From positions 111,042,001 through 111,106,000 of the forward strand of contig NC_042999.1 of NCBI RefSeq assembly GCF_006345805.1: DNA of 64,000 nt, given 5' to 3'. The position numbers and the translations under genes are program-made. The notes under the pieces are model-generated. The model was given only the letters and a program-made list of their open reading frames with translations, was not told where the DNA came from and did no database searches. Shown here piece after piece: positions 52,943 to 64,000 of the stretch; position 1 is the first letter of the stretch, and every line of letters begins with the position of its first letter. This DNA is from Octopus sinensis (taxonomy: Eukaryota).

Positions 52943-53603
52943 GTAAAACCGGTCCGATGATCGCTTAGCTAGTAGAAACGGCGAAGTCATTTTCAATACT
53001 ATTCTTGTTAAGAATAATATACATTCATACATACATATTTACATACATACGTATGTATGTATGTATGTATGTATGTATGTATGTATGTATGTATGTATGT
53101 ACAAACTAAAATACACACACATGCAAATACATACACATGAATACATATGAGAGACATATGAGTTCCAATAGCTTATATGGAAGAATAAGAAGGCACCCTG
53201 CTAATGTTGTAACTGTTTTCTACTAGAAATGAATTAATCTAATGTAAATGTTTGTAATAAATCCGTAAAACATAAACTGAATGTTAATAGCTGTGTAAAC
53301 TCAAATCTAATTTCATGAATATGCAGGCTTACAGGTATCTCATTACTGTATTTGATCAGTAGTTCACCAAATTGGTTTAATAATAATCTACAGTAAAAGA
53401 AGTGTAAGTGGAAGTTACATTGAGCTAAATGCACAAGTGGAATTGCTCCGGCTTAGCATGAAGAATTAGTTGGAGGCTTAAAATCCTTGTTATTAAATAA
53501 AGAATCAACAAATGTAAGATTTAGAAAACTAATGTGTTTGTGTGAGAGATATTTTTTATATAGATATCAAAAAGTGCAAAGTTATTTTTTTTTTAGGAAC
53601 AAT

Positions 53604-54398
53604 ATGAACTCCAATATTTCTTCTGTAAAAATGTACACTACACACTTAGGCATTATAGCTCTATGGATACATTGCAAGAGTTTACCATTCCTTTGAAAGA
53701 CTGTAGAGCGCAACCATTTTAGATCCGTAACATGACAATAAAGTGCAATGTCACTCAAAGAAAGTTGCTCCAGAGATGTCAGTGAAGGCACATGGTTAAG
53801 TGGTTTGGGTATTCGACTCATAGTCGTTGGGTTGTGAGTTCGATACCCAGCGGTGCGTTGTGTGAAATAAAGTGCAAAGCACTTTATTTCACGTTATTCC
53901 AGTTCATTCAGCTGGTAAAAATAAGTCGTACTTGTAATTCAAAAGGGCCAGCTTTATTATATTCTGTGTTACGCTGAATCTCCCCGAGAACTACGTTAAG
54001 ACTGCTTAGCCACATGCAGGCTGTTCCGTTGATCGGATCAACTGGACCCTCGTCGTCATAACTGACGGAGTGCCAGTTACTTGTTACCAATAAATGGCGA
54101 AAGTCTTTGTAAAACAATTTAAATTTTTGTAACATTGAATAATTTAGATATAAATAAATGAATTGGACTTGAAACCGATGAAGTAAACAGTGTTAGTGGG
54201 CAACATAATTCTGTGTTTACAAGATACTAAAACATGAACTCAGATATTTCTTTTGTAAAATGTACATGCCACAGTATGACATGATGCTGTTATAGATACA
54301 TTACAAGAGTATACCTGTGTGCTGAAAGATTGCAGAGCACAACCATTTTAGACCGGTAACAATATAACAATAAAGTATGTCACCCAAAGAAAAATGCT
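53604..54398. repeat. Diverged ~165-bp direct repeats (53604-53769, 54234-54398) flanking a SINE
   Basis: ATGAACTC..ATATTTCTT.TGTAAAA..GATACATT.CAAGAGT..AGAGC.CAACCATTTTAGA.C.GTAAC..AATAAAGT..TGTCAC.CAAAGAAA occurs in both. Confidence 0.7.
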
Positions 54399-54659
54399 TG
54401 AGCGGTGATCTGTTCCAGTCGTTTCTTCATTTCGAACTTAAATCTCTATTTTGGAAGTCACGTATTCATGGAAGCACAAAAGCAATCTTGTTCAATTTTG
54501 CAAAATTTCCCTCGGTGATCATATATGTACGCGCATGCGCGCGCACAAGGCACTTTCACATTCGAGGATTTATGTTTCAAAAGGAGAAACGGCTGCCATT
54601 TAACACTGCTTTAGCATTTTTCTTTGGATGTCATTTTGCTTTCTCGTCATGGTGATACC

Positions 54660-55384
54660 GTTTATCACTTTTTGAAGAAAGTCCAGCCGAATTTCTCGAA
54701 CGTTTTCTCACCCAAGATGAATGTTAGGTTCACCACTTTGAGTCAGAGACCAGACAACAGTCCAGGCAGTGGAAGCACCTGTCTTCTCCTCTACCAACGA
54801 AAGACAAGGTGGTGTAATCGGCAGGGAAGGTGATGGCCTCCGTCTTCTGGGATGCAAAGAGCATTGTGTTCATTGATTACCTTCAGAAAGGCCATACTAT
54901 CAATGGAGATTACTATCCCAACTTGCTGAGGCAGCTGCGAAAGACAATCAAGTCAAAACTTCCTGGAAAACTGACGAAGCGGGTCCTGATTCATCAGGAT
55001 AATGCTCCTGAACACAAGTCTGTGGTTGAAATGGCTGTTGTGCACGACTGTGGCTTTGAATTGGTTGATCACCCTCCTTATTCTCTTGATTTGGCACTAT
55101 TTGACTATTTTCTGTTCCCCGACATGAAAAATAAACTCATTTGGTTGGGAAGCAGTCTCGGACCGATGATGAGGTCATATCTGCTGTTGAGAACTTTTTG
55201 AGGGTCAGGATGAGAGCTTCTATACCACAGGAATCCAAGCGCTGCAACACTGATGGAAGAAGTGTATGGACCGCAGGGAAAACTACGTAGAAAAATACAA
55301 CACATTTGGTCAATTGTCGAAAAATGAAACACATTCGACCAATGCATCGTGGTCAACCTATGAACTTCTCAGCCTACTCTCGTA
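54660..55384 (+). mobile_element. Defective mariner (second subfamily), 3' half with right TIR
   Basis: FLERFLTQDE; MASVFWDAKSIVFIDYLQKGHTING; HQDNAPEH; HPPYSLDLALFDYFLFP; ends ..AACTTCTCAGCCTACTCTCGTA. Confidence 0.88.
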
Positions 55385-55429
55385 CATACACGTGGAACGA
55401 GAATAGCTTGAACTTAGCTAACTTATTCA

Positions 55430-56430
55430 TTGGTTATGTTGGGTCCCGAATGCTTTGTAAATTCAGTGGGCCCATTCCTAGAGCCATACGGCCGTTACAT
55501 TGACGACTGTACCAGCGTCATCTCTCGCTCATGTGAAGAGATAAAATTTGTATCTCCTTCATTAGCTTTTTTAAACCCCCCCCCCTTATTTTGCACATCC
55601 ATCTTCTCCAATACCTCCCTTAACGTCCTCAGCATTATTGTTTCTGTCGACCATGCTAACTTTATTCTCTTCACATCAATTTTCAAGAAACATTTCACCT
55701 CTTACTTCTACTATAATTTTTACTCCTCCTAACCCCTACGATCTAGGCGCACCATCAGCTATTCTCAGCCCCATCGTTTCTACCCTCTCTTCAGCTGCAT
55801 CCATGACTTGAGATATAGGTTCAACATATAACCAGTTTATTAATTTGACATTGATACCCACCGCCCTTATCGTAACTGCTCTTTCTGTGCCTTCGAATGT
55901 AACGCATCCCTTACACTCGCCGCCAGAACCCAACCCACTTCAACTTTGAACAGATCACCCTATTTGTACAACGCACTCTCCTCCGCTACTTTCCTTTTCC
56001 ACCTTTCTTTCAGCATTCCCACAATCTAGGCAGCTTCATTGATTACACCTCGTATTCCTCTCAAACCTACCCTTTCCTTTCCAACACCACTACTTTCACC
56101 GACCCTAACCACTACACCATTCTTATTAGGAATTATTTCTGTTGCACGTCCAACTGATTTATATATTCACTTCAATGTAAATCTATTCACTGCAAATCGA
56201 TTTACATCCGGTAAACTGGTCACCGATGCACATCGGTTTCGCGGAGCATCACAGGGACACCCAATTTAATATTGAATCACCCGTCTCATGACATTTCCGT
56301 TCCCCTGACGACTCCACCCAATGCCTCTTAGTCTTCGGCTTGACTTGTGACACCAGATCCCTTATCACTGAAAGGGAGCATAAATTCATCTTCTCTTTTC
56401 AAACGTACACCTCTTTTGGTCTAAATTATC
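55430..56430 (+). mobile_element. Degenerate Penelope-like element (RT + GIY-YIG endonuclease)
   Basis: RYIDDC RT motif. After frameshifts YI.G.TG..RF.EHHRD..PVS*HFRS..FIFSFQTYTSFGLN, ending in the PLE GIY-YIG GLN motif. Confidence 0.75.
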
Positions 56431-58630
56431 TTGCTCATTTCTTCTGACGTTCAAGTTCTTCCAAAAGGCTCCTGAAGTACACTCCTATTCCTTTTGCCTC
56501 CTGTCCTTCTCTGTCACAGCCCCATTTACGTCACTACTCGCACCTCCTCTCTTCAACATCTAACATCTTATTTTTTCTCACCCCACTCTTACACAAACAC
56601 ATACATGCATACACTCAGCACATTAGCACAGCTCTCACATATCTCCCCATCACCCTTCCCACACACTTCCACAACTTATATTTACACACCCGTATACATA
56701 CTTACATTCATCTCAATTTTAGCATCATATTTCTTTGACGTACACATACACTTACTCTTGATATACGAAAGCACACACATACTTCTGTTCACTCACCATC
56801 CAGGGGCTTTGGCATACACATTGACACTCTCACACATATACCGTCCGCTCTTTTCTTATATACGTATATACACGAACATATACACACACTGCGGTATGTA
56901 GATGCACACACTTTCATATAATCATGTACTCATACACACATCTCCAATACTTCAGGGCCCCTGTTTTGGTTGTCCGTTTTAAATAATGTCTTCTTTCCCC
57001 CTTACCTCGTCACCTCTGCTTGACCACTACTCACTTATTAGCTCAGTGGTACCCGTGGTCTATATCTATGTGTGCATATGTAACCTATTATCTATGTGTA
57101 TGCGTTTGTGTGTGCGTGTGTATGTATGTATGTATGTATGTGTCTGTGTGTGAGTGCGTGCAACTCTATAAGCAAGCTTGGCTACATTTGTGCTTGCATA
57201 TTTGAATGCCGTTCGAGCAGTGGTGCTTAGGATCTTCTGTCAATAATTAACTCGCTTGCTTCGTGCCTTCGAAGCGATAGTGAATAAAATTTCCCTTACT
57301 TGAAAAACAAGGGTTAGCTTCAGGAAAGGCATCCAGCTGTAAAACAATACCTCAGTACCGTATCTGTCTAACGTATATTTACATGGAAAAATGGACGTAA
57401 AATTGACCGAAATGAATACATACATACACTTATTTATATACAGTACTTAGTAGCTTTTCAGCGTTAATATAAGTTATTAGAACCGCCTATAGTTTGTTTT
57501 CCTTCCTGTCACACACTGATGTCTCTCTGTTCCAATGACCACAAATTATCAATATCAATAAGAACTATGATTCACTACTAAAGCTATAGGAGACTGGAAT
57601 CTGCGTCAATGCTTCAGGTTCTCAGTTGGAATTATTTCATTTAGCAAACAACGGGCCTCGAAAATGGCAAGTCCATCATGGATACAAAAATTCTAAGTTT
57701 TCATTCATATGGAAGAAATCAATATTTTTCAATATGCAAAATGCAGTCTCCTTTCTAATGTTTTCCTTTTTACTTTTTGTTTTTGCCGAAGAGGGATTTG
57801 TTGAAAACCTTAAAGAAAAGAAAACGGAAACGACAAAAAAAGAAAAAAACACTCCAGAAGAGGTAAAGAAAATCCAACAACCTAATCACATTAAAACTTT
57901 GAAAAATAAAGAAAAATAACAAATACTCATATAAGCACAAACAACTGCCAAAATATACAACTTTGCGAAAAGCAAAATAATAATAATAATAATAATAATG
58001 ATAATAATAATCATAACAACTATAATAACAACAATAACAACAATAATAATAATAATAATAACAACAACAACAACAATAAAATGAAGGCAACAAAAAAGAA
58101 CAAATAATAATAATGGTGATAACGTTAATAATAAGAAGAATTTCTTTAAAGCAAATAACAGATTAAAAAAACAGTTTCCATTCCATCGCTGTTGTCATTT
58201 AGTAAAAGATAAGGTGCGCTTCGCCCCATATACCTGCCACCGCCTACATACCCTCATGTCATGGCAAATTTAATAAAAGCAGGATAAAGCTTCAAGACAG
58301 CGGGTGTGTCATGGAACCTGTTATTAATATTTCAAGGGTTACCTCAGATATTTATATTCTAGCTGATTTTAGTTCAATATTTGACACAAACTGCACATCT
58401 CCCTATTAACGGGGCCAGCGGATGGGGAGAGAGAGGGGAGAAGTTGCGAAATGAAACATTTCCAATGCAATTCTTATTTATGTTTTTCAAATACTGAAGA
58501 CGTTTGTTTCTGTATGCACATGCACACACACACACACACACACGCACACACACACCGCATTTGTATATATATATATATATACATGTATATATATATATAT
58601 GTATTATATATATATGTATATATATATATG

Positions 58631-58661
<31 letters not shown>

Positions 58662-59241
58662 TATGTATATATATATGTATATATATATGTATATATATTA
58701 TATGTATATATATATATATGTGTGTATATATATATGTATATATATATATGTATATATATATATAATATATGTATATATATATGTGTGTATATATATATAT
58801 TATATATATATGTATATATATATGTGTATATATATGTATATATATATATGTGTGTGTATGTGTATGCATACGCACACAAACACAAGCAGATACATACATA
58901 TACATACATAATACATACATACATACATATAGATATATACATACATGTATATATGAGTGTATGTATACGTACATATATGTATACTTATCTGGTCAAATGT
59001 TTCATTTACCCGATTCAAACTCCGAGTAACAAATCACCAACTTTTAATACATGTGTGTTTATATATGGATGCCTGCATATATACATATTTATACGTGTCT
59101 GTGTGTGTGTACATGTGTGTGAGTGTACGCATATTTTTATATATAAATATCAGTATGTGTATATCTGTATACATGCATGTGTAGTAAGCACACAGTCTCA
59201 CTCACATGTATACACATACACTCACACGCACGTATACATAC

Positions 59242-59291
<50 letters not shown>

Positions 59292-59582
59292 ATATATATA
59301 TATATATATATACAGATATATATGCATATAAATACATATATACGTGTATATATAAATATGCATACATACACATACATGCATACACGCACCCACACACAGA
59401 GTCTCACTCACATGCATACACATACACTCACACGCACGTATACATAGGTATATATATATATATATATATACAGATATATATGCATATAGATACATATATA
59501 CGTGTATATATATATATATGCATACATACACATACATGCATACACGCACCCAACACACACATACATTCGTATATATATATAC

Positions 59583-59619
<37 letters not shown>

Positions 59620-62599
59620 CATATATACGTGTATATATATACATATATATATATATATACATACATTCATACACACACATATATGCATACATAGATGCAT
59701 ACATACATACATACATACATACATACATACATACATACATACATACATACATACATACATACATACATACATGCATACATACGTACATACATACATACAT
59801 ATACACTCTGAAATTCCTTAAATTCTTTACCAAATTTGTCCAACAGCTATAAATGTATACACATACAGTTAGATAGTGACACACCTATGTTCAACTGTAT
59901 TGCCTCTGTATTGCTGATGTGCACTGGCTATGATAATGCACTGGCTATGATAATGCACATACGCGTGTTTGTGTGTATGTACATATGCATGTTAAGTCAT
60001 ACGTAAAGTGATTGATTGTCTAAAAAACTTTACTTAGACTTAAACATGAATATCAAAATATATAAAATGTAAAGGATTCATGTGTATATGCGCGCGCGTG
60101 TGTGTGTGTGTGTGTGTGTACGTATGTGTTTGAGTGTGTGTGTGTGTTTGTGCATGTGTGTGTGTCTGCATAGGTGCAAAATATTTGACAAAGTTGTGGT
60201 AAAAACAAACCATGGTTTTAGATATATATATATATATGCGTGTGTACGTGCATGCATATGTCTTCCATCTATGAATGCATATTAATATTTTAGATGTTAT
60301 ACTTGCATTGTTAAATAGGTATATACATATGTGTGTGTGTGTGTGTGTGTGTAAGTGTGTACATACATAGATACACACTCACACGCGCGCACACACATAT
60401 ATATTACAGAATCAAGCATCTTAAGTTGTTAACGCAATACTTTATAAACAACAAATTTGTAAATGCATATTGACTTAGTACATTTAGAATTAAAAGTTCC
60501 TACACTTCCCCAACAAATTAACCTCACAAGAACTTATATATATATTTTTTTCTCTTTAACCCTTCCTTTCGATCGCAGATAGTTCTTCACTCCCTCCCAA
60601 ATTCTCTTTCAACTATTAGAATAGATTTATTTTGTTCTTAGGGAGAAATGACCTGACTTAGATTAATCCGATTGCTCTGCTCTTATAGTTGTATCGTTTG
60701 ATGCTCTTTAGACCCGCTAGATCAAACTTATGATCGAACTCAATCTCATACAGTTTTTCAAGTATTGAACATTCACAACAACAATATCCAAATAGTCCCA
60801 CTATTTTTAGACAACAGCGTGTAATTGATGGATGTTTGGCGGCAACATAAAACATGTCGGTCGACCACATGAAATTTCACCGTTAGAGGTTTTAATGCTG
60901 GTATAGTTCATATTGCTAATTATAGCCCTAATCAGTGAACTCTTCTTTGTTGGACATATTGAAGCTGAAGTAACCAATGTAAGCATTCAATTTTATGTAG
61001 GAAATAAAACCTGAATGAGTTAAACTATAATGAAGATTGTTTCAATCATCCACATACCTACCGTTTTAAGTTTGTTTTCAGACATAACTAATTGAGTACT
61101 GTTGTGTTCAAGGTATTGATTCGTCTTTAAACCGATTAGGTATGATTTGGCTGAGGCCTGATTGTCAGTTGCCTGAATTAACACCATTATTTAGCCCTTG
61201 AAAGGCGGCGAATTGGTAGAATCGTTAGCTTACTGGACGAAATGGTTAACGGTATTTCGCCCGTCGTTACCTTCTGAATTCAAATTCCGCCAAGGTCGAC
61301 TTTGCCTTTCTTCCTTTCGGGATCGATTAATTAAGTACCAGTAAAACACTGGGGTCGATGTAATCGACTAGTCCCCTCCCCAACAATTTCAGACCTTGTG
61401 CCTATGGTAGAAAGGATTATTTCTACCATAGAAATTGCTAACACCATTAAAGAAGCCCACTTGTATTAGACGACTCCTTTAGAATCCCCAGTGCTGCAAG
61501 TATTCAAACCTGGTTTCAGCTTGAGAGTAAATTCATCCCTTTCTTCACTTCCAACCAAGCTGAGTTACTCTGCAAAAAGTAATGAGAACTGCCCTTCATC
61601 TGATGAAGCCATGTAAAACACAAGGTCAAATGACAGTGCAGAGTGAAAATTTGCTTAGCACTAAATTTGTAACATATCAATGCAGTAATTTAATACCAGT
61701 TGGATATATAAGAATTTGTAAAATTTGCGTTCCGAAAGATTTTGGGCATAGATACACTCTTTGCCACAGGCGTTTCGGCAATAGCAATTCGCCTCTGTTA
61801 TAATAGAGCTTTTCTATATTTGGCGTAAAATCTCATTCATTGGTCCGACTATCTATAATATCTTGCGATGTAAGAAGCAATGTTAATGCTAAATTTTGGT
61901 ATTCGTAAATATAACGCACATGTCGAACTCTCAACGACTGCAGTCTTTGGAGGCCAAAACAGCATGTATTATAATTTAGAATTCTGCGGGAGGTCGCATT
62001 TTGTCTAAGAAGCTGTGGTTACATCTGCATGCGTCTATGTTTGTATGTACAAAATGTGAGTTTTACGCACACAGAAGTGCTGTATGCATGTGCATAACAA
62101 ATACGTAGATGGCGATATGATGATATAAATATATATACGAATTACATATTACATTAACAGACATAAAAGTATTTTATGCATTTATGTATGTATACAACCA
62201 GGCACACACAGAAGTGCACGAGCACTAGTACACGCACACACGTACGCGCACGCACACACCAACATTTTCTTTTCTTGTCCTTAATATCACTGCTTTGTTT
62301 ATATATGGGAAACATTTAAATTTTCACAACGCTTACACAAGCCTTACTCGGCGAAACTTCGGGATAGCTATTACCTAATACTCTTCTTTTTAAAAGAACT
62401 TAGGTGCAACCCTGCGTAAATCATGGATTTACATAGGATTGCACCCAAGGACTTATGGACTTATTTCTACAAGATCGGAAAGTTGAACTGTGAACTTTTA
62501 TGCTTCTTTTTTCTTCTCTTTTTTCACCCCCTAATTCATTTACTCCTGTCTTCTATATCGTTATTTCATTAATCTACATCCTTCTAATTTTCCCTATTT

Positions 62600-62655
62600 G
62601 TCTCCGATGATGGAATATCCCATACTCTGGCATATCCCAGAAACAGCCGTAGGTC
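62600..62655 (+). ncRNA. Near-complete minimal hammerhead (U4C variant) in a PLE-pLTR-like segment (~62340-62680)
   Basis: GTCT-CCGATGA-TGGAATAT..ATATCCCA-GAAAC-AGCC-GTA-GGTC; a second half-motif GCC-TTACTC-GGC-GAAAC lies at 62341-62357. Confidence 0.55.
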
Positions 62656-63004
62656 TTTGAATTTCTTTCCAATAATAATAATAATGCATAAGACTTGAGA
62701 TGTTTGCCTTGCCTTAACGTTTGTTGTTGCCGTCTTTAACAATCATATATCCGCTATATCGGAAATCTGGCAGCTGGTACGTAAATATTACTAATTGCTA
62801 TCAAAGACACAGTATTTCGTTTTACAAATATATTAGTGACTTGTAGATTAACCTTGTAGGTTAATATTGTGTTAGCAGTGCGATGTTCTTATTTTTAGGC
62901 TTAGCGCTACAAGTTTTCTATAGATGCGTGGATATATATATATATATATGCGTGTGTATGTGTGCGTGCGTGCGTGTATGTATGTATATATATGTGTATA
63001 TATA

Positions 63005-63050
<46 letters not shown>

Positions 63051-63509
63051 TATATATATAGATATATATATATATATATATATATATACTGCAAATTTAG
63101 GGGGAATACTTGATAAGTGTAAGCACCTGTATACGCCAGATAGTGGCAGAGGTGAGGGAAAATATATCAAATAAAATCAAAAACAGAACACAAAGGATAT
63201 CGCGGTACACGTGTTTCAAGCTTTATAAACGACCTGTTCTTACATCAGTGTATAATGGATATAAAAGATGGTTTAACGCTCTCATCAGCTCTTGTTATTC
63301 CAAAGTGTTACATTTAGGTATTTGCTTTGCAAGATTCTTGATGTGAAATCGTGTGTTGAAACAAATATTGTTACACTTGGGGATAGTCATGTTTTGTGAA
63401 TTAAACATGCGCTCTATATATTTAGTCTTCACTGTTATCATTTTAATAACCTAATGATAGTAGTAGTAGTAGTAGTAGTAGTAGTACTAATAATAATAAT
63501 AATAATAAT

Positions 63510-63766
63510 TCTTACAAGCCAAGTGGAATAGTCTCCTTCTACACAATAGTAATGGGATGAGCCAATCTAACGACATCAGCATCAACATCAAATGGGACAT
63601 CTTTCAAGGTGATTCCCTCTACCCATTACTCTTTTGGATGGCATTGATCCCACTCTCAAACGAATTGAATAACACTAGGTATGGGTTCAAAGTGTATAAT
63701 ATTTTAGTAAACCATCTGTTTTATACGGACGATCTGAAGCTGTTTACTAGAAATGACGACCTGAAG
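63510..63766 (+). mobile_element. R4/Dong RT core fragment fused to a family-D 3' half (63760-63955)
   Basis: DIFQGDSLYPLLFWMALIPLS..VNHLFYTDDLKLF; the sequence switches at GACCTGAAG to AAAATTCTAACTGGG.CCCACCTGCAAGG. Confidence 0.85.
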
Positions 63767-64000
63767 AAAATTCTAACTGGGTCCCACCTGCAAGGTCATG
63801 AGCTGTTTATCTTGATATGAGATCACCAAGTCGCGCACATATGGTTGTGATGCATGTGCCCGATGTACCCTTATTAGACGTAATCATGATGGGTATTCTG
63901 AGCTTCGTATATTTTACCCCAGCGTCACTTTGATGGCATGCACTGATCTCTTAGTAATAATGCTGATGATGATGATGATGATGATAATAATAATAATAAT

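Noticed and set aside
57626-57919. 97-aa ORF with a hydrophobic stretch and Lys-rich tail
   Set aside because: TTG start; the second half is low-complexity T- and A-runs; no domain.
41-60378. Many ORFs of [24 protein letters not shown] composition, some over 200 aa
   Set aside because: They are translations of di-, tri- and tetranucleotide microsatellites that lack stops by construction.
60720-60830. LRR-like FQVLNIHNNNIQIVP
   Set aside because: A single repeat bounded by stops; compatible with chance.
61500-61570. Minus-strand 60-nt exon candidate with a strong acceptor
   Set aside because: Stop codons in all three frames.
61595-61625. CTGATGAAGCC hammerhead candidate
   Set aside because: No GAAA, stem II or stem I partner downstream.
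61765-61800. Minus-strand GGC..GCC-GAAAC half motif
   Set aside because: Core and cleavage triplet are unrecognisable; too degenerate to call.

Overview
AT-rich eukaryotic (animal) DNA dominated by microsatellites ((TA)n, (CA)n, (GA)n, (TAA)n, (TACA)n, (TAGA)n) and interspersed repeats. The SINE families and repeat density resemble an octopus (coleoid cephalopod) genome; this is from recall and not verified. No host protein-coding gene could be supported, so the window looks intergenic or intronic. Most ORFs in the track are translated microsatellite. Real coding remnants all come from mobile elements: several R4/Dong-type RLE LINEs abutting (TAA)n, three mariner relics, two kinds of Penelope-like element (PLE), and CR1/L2-like and RTE-like fragments. 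The main discovery is at 369-2630. It is a near-perfect 3x tandem array of a 596-bp non-coding monomer, preceded by an inverted ~450-bp copy. Each monomer, and the inverted arm, carries an intact type-I hammerhead ribozyme: CUGAAGA core, GAAAC, GUC cleavage triplet, 6-bp stem I, long stem II and a self-complementary minimal stem III. This is a retrozyme/PLE-like unit predicted to release 596-nt circularisable monomers. Further hammerhead relics occur across the window. One sits in a tRNA-headed SINE, and several sit in fold-back structures.
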